A stretch of DNA of 64,000 bases, from the sequence record OZ346187.1, one strand, 5' to 3'. Under the pieces are notes generated by a model. It did not search any database, was not told the origin of the DNA, and saw nothing but the letters and a program-made list of their open reading frames with translations. Each line of letters begins with the position of its first letter. The first letter of the stretch is position 1. The position numbers and the translations under genes were made by a program. This DNA is from a phage. Shown one piece after another: positions 1 to 11,700 of this stretch.

Positions 1-29
1 CTGGTGAGCTGTCAAGAGAGGCAGAAACC

Positions 30-737
30 GTGACAACAATGTCACCTACTCCTAGCGGATTTATCAAGCTTACCAACAGAGAAAGATTCAATGAGGGCAG
101 GGATGTTGAGAAAGACTCAGAGTATCGCTTAAGAGCTTCCAGCACAAAACAGTTAACATCTAAGGCTACCCGTCCTGCAATCCTTAGCGCTGTAAGCGAG
201 GTGAAAGGTGTTGAGAAAGTGAGAGTGTTCTCCAACAACACCGATAAAACTGATGCTAAAGGTATACCTCCTTACAAGTTCCAAGTGGTTGTGTTTGGTG
301 GTGCAACGGAGGACATTTGCCAGGCACTTTACCAAACTATAGCTTGTACGAACAGGACTTATGGTAATATTTTCTACGATGTCACTACATCTGACGGTCA
401 AACTGAAAGAATTTATTACTCCAAGGCAAATACCTACCGCCTAGATGTAAGAATTACCTACTCCGGTGCTGCGCTTTCTACAACCGAAAAAGATGCCATT
501 GTAGAGGCTCTTTTGCAGGTTGTTAACGGACTGGATGTTGCAGATACGTTGTATAATATCCAATTGGTAGGTGCTGCATCTGCTGCTGTGTCAATAGGTA
601 GATTTAATAGACTGGTAATTCAAGTTAAACCAGTAGGGGCTTCTGATGAAGCTTACACTACAAACGATATTGTTGCGAACATGACCGAGGTGTTTGACCT
701 CGACGAAAGTAATATAACTTTCCAACAAACTATTTAA
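30..737 (+). CDS. hypothetical virion-module protein (235 aa)
   Basis: Long ORF opening the co-directional block that ends in tail-fibre genes; track start is GTG at 30, in-frame ATG at 39; no diagnostic motif. Confidence 0.5.
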   Translation: MTTMSPTPSGFIKLTNRERFNEGRDVEKDSEYRLRASSTKQLTSKATRPAILSAVSEVKGVEKVRVFSNNTDKTDAKGIPPYKFQVVVFGGATEDICQALYQTIACTNRTYGNIFYDVTTSDGQTERIYYSKANTYRLDVRITYSGAALSTTEKDAIVEALLQVVNGLDVADTLYNIQLVGAASAAVSIGRFNRLVIQVKPVGASDEAYTTNDIVANMTEVFDLDESNITFQQTI

Positions 738-748
738 GGCGGCGAGAT

Positions 749-1435
749 ATGGCAGAGATTAAGTCGGATGTTAACCACATCCACACTCTGCCAGATTTTG
801 TTCAGGGAGGTCTTGACTACCTACCTGGAGATTTTCTGGCTGAGAAGGTTAATTTAGTCACATTCTTAACCGTATACCTTAAAAGGTTGGAGGATGTTGA
901 TAAGATGCTGGTAGGTTTGGCTGAAGGAAGATTGCTTAACAATGCCAGCGGAAGATACCTTGACGAAGTTGGTAATCAACTTGGTATTCTTAGGAATGGA
1001 CTTTCAGATGCTGATTTTCGTGCCACACTAATTATTCAGCAGGCCGCAGCATCAAGGGGCGGGACTCGCGAAGATGTCATCTCCACCTTGCGACAATTGT
1101 TCGGAAGAGACAATTTCGATACGTGGAAAGGAGACAACTTCAGGTTTGACATAAATATTAGAAAAACTTGCTTTGACATATTGCAGTCTATCGATCAGAT
1201 CTTAGATATGCTACCATTGCCTTGTCATTTGCGTCTTACAGAATCGCAAGGGCAAGCTTTTGGTTTTGAAGGGGACTCTACAGCTCTGGGCTTCGGATCA
1301 GTGTGGGAAGAAAACCAATTCGGAGTTGGTGGGCTGGCTACTTTGCTATATGTTCCTGACGTAAGACCTGATTGGGACACCACAACCATTTATTGTGAAA
1401 GTATTACAGTAAACGCAACTAGACAGGAGGGTTAA
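749..1435 (+). CDS. hypothetical virion-module protein (228 aa)
   Basis: ATG start, tightly packed with neighbours in the structural block; no diagnostic motif. Confidence 0.5.
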   Translation: MAEIKSDVNHIHTLPDFVQGGLDYLPGDFLAEKVNLVTFLTVYLKRLEDVDKMLVGLAEGRLLNNASGRYLDEVGNQLGILRNGLSDADFRATLIIQQAAASRGGTREDVISTLRQLFGRDNFDTWKGDNFRFDINIRKTCFDILQSIDQILDMLPLPCHLRLTESQGQAFGFEGDSTALGFGSVWEENQFGVGGLATLLYVPDVRPDWDTTTIYCESITVNATRQEG

Positions 1436-3507
1436 TGGCAACAGCTGTTTTTAAACCTTACCGTGATTACTCTACAATGGCTGCACAGTTTCATTACCGC
1501 ACAGTTCAGGATACTGCCGTTCCTGGTAGAGATTATGATCATGTTGAGGGCGATGTAACTATCCCAGTTGGGGCAACCAGTATTGAGATCCCAGTGGAAA
1601 TTGTTGACAAATTACCCAACAGGTTGCCAAGAAGCTTCTTTATGGAGTTTTCATCAAAATCTCAAGGAGTGATGATTGGAACACAAAGGGCGAAATGTAC
1701 AATAGTTTCAGATGAGAATCTTGACAGGATATCTTGGGATACTGTTGAGGAGAGAATGTTTCACCCAAGATATTGGGTTACAACCACTCAGCAGACTGAA
1801 AGTACCTGTATTGTTGCAGATAACAACTGTTGTATTAACCGTTTAGTGTCAAGAACATATGGAGGTATGGCTGGGTGCATTTGGGAAACAGTTGACAAGT
1901 ATGACCATTTCGGTATTGGGTTTGATGATCACTATGAGATGAGAAACACCAAGCTTTGGTTCAGAATGTCAATAACCAACGCCAGCAACTTCTCCACTCC
2001 TGAAAAGATGATTATGACTGTAGACCTTGTTGATGGCACAATCATCTATGTTCCTTTAGCTCAATATGCTGTCAGCATCTCAGAGGATAAAAATGTTGCA
2101 GAAATTCATATTGATTTTGAGGACTGCGTCGGGATGGACCAGAACAACAACATGATGGGTGTTGATCCTCGGCAGGTGAGAAGGATTTTAATACCACTTA
2201 TGCCTAAAGACTGGGTAAGTAATAGCACAGATCCAAGAACGGAAAATGTAGAGTGTGAGTTGCGCCTAGATCTGCTTCAGCCAGACACAGGCTGGAAAAT
2301 GATGCAACTTAATAATATCCAGGTGAGAGAGCACGACGTTGGGATCTGCACCGCATATGACGATATGTGGAACGTGTCCCCTTTAAGGGTGTTGAACAAT
2401 ATCAAGCGTCTGGGCTATACCGGAACCATAAACCATTATGTTGGTATGAGTCATTATTATGACTACACATGGTCAGGAACCCAATGGTCTATAAACAGAA
2501 CAGGAGCGCTAAACGCTGCAGCTTATAAATGGCATGATGATTTTATGTACAATGCCAAACGACATAACTTCGACGTTATGCAATCTGTAAGTTTTGAGCT
2601 TTTCAGCGATGCCTGCCCGTTGGAATGGACCCAAAGAGACTGGAACGATAACTACGCTAAAACAGGGTATACACCTTGTAGCTACCTCCTGTCTCCAACC
2701 ATTGAAGAGGGTATGAATTTCCTTACTGCAGTATTTAAGAATTTTGCATCAGCCGCTATGAGAAACAACCTGCCAGTGATTATGCAGGTTGGTGAACCGT
2801 GGTGGTGGTACAATACCGATACTCGTAGACCTTGTATTTATGATTACCCTACAAAACAGGCGTTTTATGATGAGACAGGCGAGTATGCATTAGATATTGG
2901 GACTATTGACGATCCTAAAACTGGCGGTGTTTACGATAAGTATGTAGCATTTTGTCGTGGTAAGCTTGGCGCTCGTATTGCTGCTATTTCAAAGGCAATA
3001 AAGGCACACGCTGCATCAGCTCAGATGACAGCTCTGCTGTTTTTCCCAACCATTATGGAAACCGAGCTTACGCAAAAGCTTAACCTTGCTGACCAATATA
3101 AAAAGGAAGCAGGTGCTCTTGATTTCTTCTGCACCGAGTGCTACGATTGGGTGATGCAGGGAGGTATTGAAAAGGCAAAAGAGTCTGTAAACATACCTAT
3201 CGTTAAGTTAGGTTGGCAACCGTCTGAAATACAATACCTTGCAGGGTTCGTTCCTAGTAAAGAGCTTGCTCCGGTATATGGTTACGACCCAACTAGGAAT
3301 TACCAAGAATTTTTATGGAGATGTATTTGCGGAAACATGGCAACTATAGAGTATAGATACCCTGAGGTAAAACAGTATGTGTGGGCATACCCGCAAGTAA
3401 TGTCTGACAGCATCACTGTTACCGCTAGAGATTCTACCGTGCTTCATATGGGGCAGGTTGCTCTGAAAGGGTATGTAGAAGATGTTGTCCCGCCAGACTT
3501 CTCATAA
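1435..3507 (+). CDS. putative tail/baseplate structural protein (690 aa)
   Basis: ATG overlaps upstream stop (TAATG) with GGAGGG upstream; large ORF directly upstream of fibre genes; function inferred from position only. Confidence 0.55.
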   Translation: MATAVFKPYRDYSTMAAQFHYRTVQDTAVPGRDYDHVEGDVTIPVGATSIEIPVEIVDKLPNRLPRSFFMEFSSKSQGVMIGTQRAKCTIVSDENLDRISWDTVEERMFHPRYWVTTTQQTESTCIVADNNCCINRLVSRTYGGMAGCIWETVDKYDHFGIGFDDHYEMRNTKLWFRMSITNASNFSTPEKMIMTVDLVDGTIIYVPLAQYAVSISEDKNVAEIHIDFEDCVGMDQNNNMMGVDPRQVRRILIPLMPKDWVSNSTDPRTENVECELRLDLLQPDTGWKMMQLNNIQVREHDVGICTAYDDMWNVSPLRVLNNIKRLGYTGTINHYVGMSHYYDYTWSGTQWSINRTGALNAAAYKWHDDFMYNAKRHNFDVMQSVSFELFSDACPLEWTQRDWNDNYAKTGYTPCSYLLSPTIEEGMNFLTAVFKNFASAAMRNNLPVIMQVGEPWWWYNTDTRRPCIYDYPTKQAFYDETGEYALDIGTIDDPKTGGVYDKYVAFCRGKLGARIAAISKAIKAHAASAQMTALLFFPTIMETELTQKLNLADQYKKEAGALDFFCTECYDWVMQGGIEKAKESVNIPIVKLGWQPSEIQYLAGFVPSKELAPVYGYDPTRNYQEFLWRCICGNMATIEYRYPEVKQYVWAYPQVMSDSITVTARDSTVLHMGQVALKGYVEDVVPPDFS

Positions 3508-3519
3508 TCAGGAGATAAA

Positions 3520-4560
3520 ATGTCAAAACCTAGTTTTCCATTAGAGATTTGGGCAGAGGAGGATCAGGTTCTGCCTAACACCCACAGACAGAACAGGCTA
3601 CGCCCGATTGATGATTTGTGGAGAAAAGGTTGGGATCTTGGTCAAAAGCCCTCATGTGAAGAACTTAACTATATTTTCAATATGCTCGGAACTTGGGCAA
3701 AATACATTGCTGACGAGCAGATCCCCGCTCAAGAAGGCCGTTATCTGGTACGTGATAATAACTTGAGTGATCTTTTGAACATTCCTGTTGCCCGTAGAAA
3801 CCTTGGGATTATTACTAAGGAAGAGGCAGACGCCAGGTATGTAAAAGTTACAGGTGATACAATGACAGGCCCATTGGGTTTGCAACGTATCAACTTTAAA
3901 GCTGCAGAGTCAGATAAGGCTTGGATAGAGACAACTATTGGCCCAGATAAGACAACTCTCGACTTTGGGTTAAGTGATAATACCGGGTCGTTTGATGATG
4001 GTGGTACATCTACAGTGGATGCGTTCCGTTGGAGATTCCAGCCAACTCAGCCGGATATTAATCCAGAGTTCACTTTGATGTACCTTAACGCGATCACGGC
4101 TAACCGTGCGCTGTTGAAAGTGGTAGGCAATGTTGAAGTTGTCGATAACATGAGGTGCAATAACCTTACTATCAGCAATACAGCGACATTCACCAACTGT
4201 AATGTGGCTAGTCAGTTGACGGCTGGGTCAGTGTATGTTAATGGTGGTGCAAGTTGTGACAGTATGGTTGTAAGAAGCCAGCACTGTGTTGTCGGTAACA
4301 GAAATGTGGTTCGCTCTGTGAACGGAGTGACGGCTAACGGTAACGGTGATGTAACGATCACTATCCCGCAGACAGGTGTGCAAGACATCAGAATCGGTGC
4401 AAGACTTGTGGACGGAGTTTCTGAATCTCCAATCCGCAACGGCTACGTTGTCACAGGCTGGCATTTCGGTGACAAAAAAGAGATGCGTGGTTCAACCTAC
4501 TGGGCAGGACCTTTACAAAAACTTGTAAATGGTCAATGGATCACTGTTAATTATGCATAG
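3520..4560 (+). CDS. putative tail fibre / receptor-binding protein, paralog 1 (346 aa)
   Basis: RBS AGGAGA; N-terminal PLEIWA motif and C-terminal KLVNGQWITVNYA shared with ORF 5575-6618; Gly/Thr/Asn-rich central region. Confidence 0.6.
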   Translation: MSKPSFPLEIWAEEDQVLPNTHRQNRLRPIDDLWRKGWDLGQKPSCEELNYIFNMLGTWAKYIADEQIPAQEGRYLVRDNNLSDLLNIPVARRNLGIITKEEADARYVKVTGDTMTGPLGLQRINFKAAESDKAWIETTIGPDKTTLDFGLSDNTGSFDDGGTSTVDAFRWRFQPTQPDINPEFTLMYLNAITANRALLKVVGNVEVVDNMRCNNLTISNTATFTNCNVASQLTAGSVYVNGGASCDSMVVRSQHCVVGNRNVVRSVNGVTANGNGDVTITIPQTGVQDIRIGARLVDGVSESPIRNGYVVTGWHFGDKKEMRGSTYWAGPLQKLVNGQWITVNYA

Positions 4561-4574
4561 ATCGGAGGACTAGC

Positions 4575-5159
4575 ATGAAAATACTTCAAGAGTTTAAACT
4601 TTACCAACCGGGATCTGGCGAATACCGCACCAACAAGGAAACCAAGGAGCTGACCCCTCAAGAGGTTGAGGATTACACAGCATACACTGGGTATTTTTTA
4701 CGTAATGATGATGGCGATTGGTATGTGCAGTCACGAACATTACGACAAGAAAATCCGGGGTGTATCTTCCTACTTGTTGACGAGAAGGGAATTCTTAAGA
4801 CATCTACAGAAGAACCTGATGCCTTATGGCCTGCTCCAGGTCTTCGTGTGGTTATCGCCAAAAAAGAAGAGGTACCAGAAAACATTATGCTTCACCACGA
4901 CGCTTTGCGTTTAGTTGGTGATGAATTTGTCACAGACAATGAATTCTTTGTTCAACAGGCAGAGGGTGTCATAGAGACAGAACTTGCTTGGGCTACTGCT
5001 AGAATTGGTGCCTATCAAGACATGATTGACCTTGAATATGATCTTACTGATGACCAGAAACGTAACATCAGAGATTTGAAAATGTACAGGGTAAAACTTC
5101 TTGAAATAGATACATCTAAAGCCCCTGACATTTTCTTCCCGGAGCGACCTACCCTCTAA
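4575..5159 (+). CDS. hypothetical protein (194 aa)
   Basis: ATG with GGAGGA RBS; sits between the fibre paralogs (chaperone-like position), no motif. Confidence 0.5.
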   Translation: MKILQEFKLYQPGSGEYRTNKETKELTPQEVEDYTAYTGYFLRNDDGDWYVQSRTLRQENPGCIFLLVDEKGILKTSTEEPDALWPAPGLRVVIAKKEEVPENIMLHHDALRLVGDEFVTDNEFFVQQAEGVIETELAWATARIGAYQDMIDLEYDLTDDQKRNIRDLKMYRVKLLEIDTSKAPDIFFPERPTL

Positions 5160-5170
5160 GAGGAGGTGTT

Positions 5171-5485
5171 GTGGAGTTGGATCTGGCGGCATTGTACGGT
5201 ATCTGCATGGGTACCGTTGTCCCGATCTGTGTATGGGCTTTCAACCAGTGGCACACCAAATGGAAAGGCATTTCCAAGAGGTTGGATGAGCTGGAGAAAG
5301 ACCTCATCTTAGTGAAAAACAGTATGGTTACAAAAGATAAACTTGATTCCGTTATCGAGACCCGGTTAAGTAAGCTAGAGGCCGATATTAACGACCTTAA
5401 GCAGGATGTCAGGACAGATGTCTCCGGTATCCGAGCTGATGTACAAAAGATTTTGCACATGCTCGTAGAGCATAGTAAAAGGTAA
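5171..5485 (+). CDS. small membrane-anchored coiled-coil protein (104 aa)
   Basis: GTG start after GAGGAGG; N-terminal hydrophobic helix (LAALYGICMGTVVPICVWAF) then charged heptad-like region. Confidence 0.45.
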   Translation: MELDLAALYGICMGTVVPICVWAFNQWHTKWKGISKRLDELEKDLILVKNSMVTKDKLDSVIETRLSKLEADINDLKQDVRTDVSGIRADVQKILHMLVEHSKR

Positions 5486-5492
5486 ACAAAGG

Positions 5493-5527
5493 TCAGAACG
5501 GAAAGGACTCCGTTCTTGCATTTTGTT
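5493..5527 (+). terminator. rho-independent terminator-like hairpin
   Basis: Stem agaacgg/ccgttct with 8-nt loop followed by tgcattttgtt. Confidence 0.5.
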
Positions 5528-5574
5528 CCCTAAAGTGTTAAAATAGTCCTAAGGAATTTTCTCAGGAGAACGTG

Positions 5575-6618
5575 ATGACTAAACCAGTTATCCCTCTTGA
5601 TATTTGGGCCAATCAGGATGTTGTGCTTGAAAATACGGGAGAGTTGAATAAGTCTCAACCAAAAAAAGAAGAGAGATTGAAAGGTTGGGATATGACACAA
5701 AGAGTGGCATGTGAAGTTGTTAACTTTGAACTTCACATGCTTTCTGCGTGGTTGAAGCATTTAACAGAAGATGTTGTCCCAGGATGGGATAATAGATTCT
5801 TAAGGGTCACTAATAATCTAGCAGACGTTCCAGACAAAGCTGCTGCACGTCAAGTTCTCAATGTATACTCACCTGAAGAAATGGACGATCTATATGTTGA
5901 CAAGTCTGGAGACATAATGACTCAGACTCAAACTTTAGGTCTTCAAAGAATCGAGTTTGCATCTGCGTCAACAGACAGTGCGGCAATATATACCACCATA
6001 ACTCCAGACAAGACGACGATGGATTTCTGGATTATGGACAACATCGGTGGTGCTGACGGCACAGACCTTGATGATCCTTCTCACCAAATAGATGGGTTCC
6101 GTTGGAGATTTCAACCTTCTGGTGGGCAGCCTGTGTTTTCAGCTATGAAGCTCAATGCTATAACTGCCAACCGTGCAAGACTGGCTATCCAAGGAAATCT
6201 TGAATGCAACGATGCAAAAAGTTCCTCTGCAAATGCCAATGCGGTCACGATACCAAGAGCCACTGTTAATGGACAACAATCCTGCGGAAGCGCTCAAATA
6301 GGTGGAAGAGTTGATTGTAACGATGAAACCGTCAGGGGCCAATATGCAACAGTTGGTGGAAGAAACGTGGTCCGCAGGGTAAATGGTAACGGCGCAGACA
6401 GTAGCGGTAACCTTACTATCCCTATGCCTAGCAGAGGGGTTGATGATGTAAGGATAGCAAACCGTTTTAAAACCACCTACAGAGAGTCAAGAGTCTACCC
6501 TGGACATGTGATGTGCTCTGGTAACTACGCTTATAAACACCCTTATCAAGGTGATTACTGGACAGGTGCTATCCAAAAACTTGTAAATGGTCAATGGATC
6601 ACTATATCTTATGCTTAA
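5575..6618 (+). CDS. putative tail fibre / receptor-binding protein, paralog 2 (347 aa)
   Basis: ATG at 5575 after AGGAGA (track starts at GTG 5572); PLDIWA N-terminus and KLVNGQWITISYA C-terminus parallel ORF 3520-4560. Confidence 0.6.
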   Translation: MTKPVIPLDIWANQDVVLENTGELNKSQPKKEERLKGWDMTQRVACEVVNFELHMLSAWLKHLTEDVVPGWDNRFLRVTNNLADVPDKAAARQVLNVYSPEEMDDLYVDKSGDIMTQTQTLGLQRIEFASASTDSAAIYTTITPDKTTMDFWIMDNIGGADGTDLDDPSHQIDGFRWRFQPSGGQPVFSAMKLNAITANRARLAIQGNLECNDAKSSSANANAVTIPRATVNGQQSCGSAQIGGRVDCNDETVRGQYATVGGRNVVRRVNGNGADSSGNLTIPMPSRGVDDVRIANRFKTTYRESRVYPGHVMCSGNYAYKHPYQGDYWTGAIQKLVNGQWITISYA

Positions 6619-6629
6619 AAAGAGGGTAA

Positions 6630-6896
6630 ATGAAACTAACTCAGTTTTTATGGGGACTGGTTGCGGCATCTGATGACCCTACGAAAGTGTCCCAAACTAA
6701 GCTATGGTCGAACATAGGCATGGCGGTGATGACTGGGGTGTTTATTCATATGGGGTATAATGATACGCTTCCTGAATGGTATGCGTGGATATACGCGCCT
6801 TCAGTAGCTTGCCCCCAGCTTATTAGCAAATTCATCTCGCTCCGGTGGGGTTGCCAGCACCCTGACCACGTTAAAAACGAAGAGCAAAAAGCTTAA
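6630..6896 (+). CDS. hypothetical protein (88 aa)
   Basis: ATG with AGAGGG RBS; hydrophobic central segment. Confidence 0.45.
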   Translation: MKLTQFLWGLVAASDDPTKVSQTKLWSNIGMAVMTGVFIHMGYNDTLPEWYAWIYAPSVACPQLISKFISLRWGCQHPDHVKNEEQKA

Positions 6897-6905
6897 GGAG
6901 AAATC

Positions 6906-8651
6906 ATGGCGCAAGACATGACAAGCTTTGAGCAGGCGGTAGATCAAGTAATTGTTGATTCTGAACGTTTGCACCTGATTGTCAACGGTAACGCTGTGGA
7001 TGAAGTTGTCGTAGAGGATGGGACCACCATCCCTACGGTACGAAAAGCCATGCTTGACACCCTTTATTTTAAAACGCCACCGATCCCTTGGGCGTATGGT
7101 GCATCCACAACAGTTTTTAACCAGCTGTACGAGTTTAAAGGGGACACAGGCCCTCAGTGGTGGTACGCTCCCGCAGCATCAAAATCTAACCCGGTTAGAA
7201 TGCCAGCAGATCCTTCACAATCTCCAAACTGGAGATTATATACCGATTCTGCAGTAATGGCAAAATACTACGCAAAACTTAACAGTCCGAGGTTCGAAGG
7301 TGACCCGCGAGTACCTACGCCTCCAATGGACGACAAATCCGAGTCTATAGCAAACACAGAGTTTGTTGTTGACTATGTGGATAGCATATTTGAAGCCATG
7401 GAGGGAATGAAAGTTACTGTAGGGTCTTTGGTGGTAAAAGGTCTTACAGAACTTGCTAACACTATAGTTGGTGGCACACTCACCTTACATGGGCCTGTTA
7501 ATGGAGCAGATTCTACTGCACGCTTCAGGAACCTAATCCTCACGGCAAATACTTCTACACTTACTTTTGCGTGGAGTGATCCTAAGCATGCAGACTGGAG
7601 AAGCACAGAGCTGCAACCTCATGAAGTGTCCACCCACAGGGTTATAGCTGACACTATAACTTCTGGGAAACCAGTGGCTAATAATAACGATGTGCATTTT
7701 GATGGTCTAGGTAATAACTTTTTTGACTACGTGTACATTCGTGGTAATGCCATGAAGGCAGCAACCGAACCGACATTGCAGGTAGATGGAACCACCAGGG
7801 TTAAGAACCTTGAGGTGACAGGCACTGTTACAGGGATAACCTACTCTGTCGATGGCACCATGATTTACCCTAGCTATATTGAAAGCACGGGGGACGCATT
7901 AATAAATGGTGATTTAGAAGTTGGCGGATCTGTAGTTATTCGAGGTACAGTCTCTATCCAAAACATAGCTCTGAATACCCTAAGAGTCAATGAGCGTGCA
8001 ACTTTTGAAGGGGAAGGGCTTACAGCCAACAAAGGTGTAATTACCGAGCTGACAACCACTACTTTAACTGCAACAACTGCAAACTCTGAAAACTGCAACG
8101 TTACCAGAAACTTGCAGGTAAATGGAGATGTTAGTTTAAACGCAGCAGGGACGGGCACCACCTACCTTCACAACCTTGAAATATCCGGCACAGTGACTGG
8201 GTGGCTGCCAGACTTCTCTAATGTCAACTTTGTTTGTAATGGCATTAACTCCAGTGGCAAGATAACCACCTCTCAAGAAATTGAGGCGGGTAAAACCATT
8301 ACTGCCCCTACTTTCCACGCAGGAAAGGTAGATTTTGATTTAGAGGAGGTTGACGCGTCCAGTGGGACATGGACACCTAACGGGCAGGCCAGTATGTATG
8401 TTGTCCACGCGAAAGGGGATTTTACAATAGGACAATGGCCTGGTACATCAGCGGAAGATAAACCTTATCCATTCACTGCGGTTATCTATGTCATTCAGGA
8501 TGCTGTAGGTCACAACGTGACTTTGCACGATAAGTATGCTATCCTGTCGGCAACGCCTGTTATTAATAACAAGGCTAATAGTGTTACCTTGCTGCAATTA
8601 ACATATTGTGGTGTTGGTGATATCGTAGACGTAGTAATTGCACAACGTTAA
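6906..8651 (+). CDS. putative tail fibre/tailspike protein (581 aa)
   Basis: AAGGAGA RBS; repeated (L)E(V/I)(T/S)GTVTG-type motifs and Thr/Asn/Gly-rich repeats typical of fibrous proteins. Confidence 0.55.
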   Translation: MAQDMTSFEQAVDQVIVDSERLHLIVNGNAVDEVVVEDGTTIPTVRKAMLDTLYFKTPPIPWAYGASTTVFNQLYEFKGDTGPQWWYAPAASKSNPVRMPADPSQSPNWRLYTDSAVMAKYYAKLNSPRFEGDPRVPTPPMDDKSESIANTEFVVDYVDSIFEAMEGMKVTVGSLVVKGLTELANTIVGGTLTLHGPVNGADSTARFRNLILTANTSTLTFAWSDPKHADWRSTELQPHEVSTHRVIADTITSGKPVANNNDVHFDGLGNNFFDYVYIRGNAMKAATEPTLQVDGTTRVKNLEVTGTVTGITYSVDGTMIYPSYIESTGDALINGDLEVGGSVVIRGTVSIQNIALNTLRVNERATFEGEGLTANKGVITELTTTTLTATTANSENCNVTRNLQVNGDVSLNAAGTGTTYLHNLEISGTVTGWLPDFSNVNFVCNGINSSGKITTSQEIEAGKTITAPTFHAGKVDFDLEEVDASSGTWTPNGQASMYVVHAKGDFTIGQWPGTSAEDKPYPFTAVIYVIQDAVGHNVTLHDKYAILSATPVINNKANSVTLLQLTYCGVGDIVDVVIAQR

Positions 8652-8662
8652 TATATATCTAA

Positions 8663-8687
8663 CCGCTCCTGACGGGGCGGTTTTCTT
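8663..8687 (+). terminator. terminator-like hairpin
   Basis: Stem ccgctcc/ggggcgg (one G-U pair), loop tgac, then ttttctt. Confidence 0.45.
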
Positions 8688-8701
8688 ATCTGGAGAACAC
8701 A

Positions 8702-11700
8702 ATGCTTCCAATCCCTTTGCTAAAACTTGGTCGTCATTTCCTCGATAAGAGGGGTGGAATTAAGGAACTTGCTGTTCTGTCATACCCAATAGACAACAGT
8801 GATGGTACAAGCAACACAGTATCCTATGTAAATAGCTTAGCTATACTTTTTGATGATGGTCAGCTTAATATTACTGGCTATAATAGGTTCGGAGAGTGTC
8901 GGACTGGAGATCTTGATACAATAAACTATCCTAATGAGGCAGCTTGGAACGTAGACCATGTTTGGAGAGCTGACCGTGCATTTGTAATCCGCACATTCGA
9001 TAATAAATTTTTCTATATTGGTTGCACAGCTGGTCTTATCGGATCGGAGGCAGCAGGTGGAAACGATGTTTGTGTCAGAGAGTGGACACCTTTGCCGGAA
9101 CAGATCGTAACAGGGTTGCATTTGGACACCCATCCTGAGAGACTTGTTGAAGTAATGGGTGGCGTAAACAATACAGTGTGGGTAATTGCTGCACCAGAGG
9201 CTGATGGTATGCTTCACCTGTACGGCTCTGGCAATAATACTTACGGCTCTCTTCATGTTGACAAAAGTCAACACGCTACTCCAGTTAAGATCGGTGAAAC
9301 ATCTGAAAGTCCAGAGACAGGTCCTTGGAAAAATCCAAGAATTAATTGTGAAGTTCATGACAACTCGGTTATTTTTGGTGGTCCTAACGGATTCTGGATT
9401 GCAGGTTACGATTTCTTAAGAAATAACAGCAAAAACACACTAGTTTATCCAGCCGAGCATGTGACTCTTGACCAGTTTAAAGGCATCCCGGTGGGCGAGA
9501 CATGGAAAGGGTTCATGTGTGGACCTAATGGTGCAATTATAGCCACAGAAAGGATGCACAAACCTGATGACCAGCAGCTTGTTAACGTATTCTACGGGCA
9601 AGACGTCTGGGGAGATGACACATGGCGTTCCTTAAATATCACCTACACCCATGAGGTGATAATGGCTCGTGGATACGGCACAAGTGGCATTTTCTTCAAT
9701 AATGGCACTAAACAGTATCGTGGATTCTCTCGCAACTTGTGTAATGATATTGGTGCACAATCTGCAAACAATAGCCCTAGGGCTAATTTTATCCACTATC
9801 AGGCTCTTGCTACAGCTAAATATGTTGAGCAACGCCTGCCAGTTAGCTGGACAGAGAGTGTTTATTTCCAAGGCATCCACAGGGAAGGTTTCTTAGGAAC
9901 CTTTACTGTTGTTAATGGCAAACTTTGGTGGTCAGGCATCCCAAGGGGGAGTTTTGCAGGATCTAACAACCTCTTTGGCGGCAGACTTAACAGCCAAGGG
10001 TTCACAGAGATTCCGGAGAATTGGTATAAAAATGTCCCGGTAGATAGCTGGGGTATCGAAGACATCTTTGATGTCAATGGTGTGAGCAATGTTAGCAACA
10101 TTTACATCGGAGATACTGTCAAGATGAAATTGAAACCTCAGCCGGAGGGTGCTACGTTCATTATTGACAAGATTGAGTTGGTAAATGCTGCAGGCACTGT
10201 TGTTACAGATGCAAACTATCAGTTCTCCACTAACTGGAACCATGGTGGTGCTAACGAAGTTGTGGTCACCCAGTATAACCGTAACATCAACAGACGTGGT
10301 TTGTATTCTATCAAGATCACCTACCATGACAAGCATGGCACTGGAAGAACCTATACGACAAGAACTTTGAACTGGAACACTATAGTTCCTGCGTACCCGT
10401 CCAACGGCAAGTGGCATACCGTTGGTAGAAACAAGCAGTTCCATGTTAACGATACTGTATACTTTGGGCTGAATGGGACCCAGCCTGCAGTAGAAGGGGA
10501 TACATCGTATATGGTCAGACTCCACAGAATGGATGCTGGATCAGTCACTTATGATGTGACCCAAGAGATCTACGATCAAAGACGTGCCACGTATGACAAT
10601 ATTGTAAAAACACAAGCCTTGTGGGAGTTCAATCCTAATGGCAAGGGTGGTAAAATGTTGCAGGTTAATGAGCAGAACGGAACGTCGTTGACTGTTCACG
10701 AACACCCAGACCCTTGGCCTGATCCTGGAAAACCTCACCCGGGAGCTCGTACACTGAAAATTGTCAGCCATGATGCAGGATATTTCGGAATACGCTGGGA
10801 AGCTACAGTAAGATATGTCGACGGGACAACAAACAACATAGGGATTACACTTGGCGGCACTAGTGAAGATAACTCGCTGAAAATTGCCTACACGCCCAGA
10901 GGTATCTCTATTGATAGTATGGATGTTGTTCGCAATGGCTACGGCGATGTGAATGTCAAAGTTACTCTTGGCGAACATCTTGGTGGGGAAAGGATCATCA
11001 TGTATGCCTTTGATCATGATCCACGCACCAATGGAACTTATGCAAATCAGGCATGGAGTTACCTGATAAATGCACCTGAGCCGAATACTAAAGAGTTCTA
11101 CTATGGTATGAAGCGAGATGTGTGCAAGAAAACAGGAACACATGACTGGATTGCTATCTGCGTTAAAGATGAGCGCACAGCTTGGGATGAGCCTGTTAAC
11201 AGATGGTTCATAGGTATTCCTACCAGAAGTGATAAGTATGTCGCAGAATATATTGTATGCATGGGCGGTACCAACCTAAACATGTGTTGGAACGAAGATG
11301 TAAACAAATACTCTGATTATGACTATATGAGGGATTACTCTTGTAATTTGTGGTTTAACCAAACTACAGGTTACCCTCCAAGACAGGCGAGAGTAAACCC
11401 TGCAATCTTCACAGACACGCAGGTTTTCTTGACAAAACAGGCCAACGAGGTTCAGACCTTCAAGAATAAATACGATCCTAACAAGTGGTTCTACAACTGT
11501 TACGGCGCATTTTTCTGGGGACCTGGTGAGTTACCTGGTGGGGGATCTTGCTTGAATGAGGCAACTTACGCAAGTGACTACATCATGGGGCAGGTCAAGA
11601 AGTATAAGATAATCCCCGGTCCTGAGACTTTGGGCAATGCCGTTGACCCTTATATCATCATGACTGCACTGAGATCAAACATGGATGGGACATCCATGTC

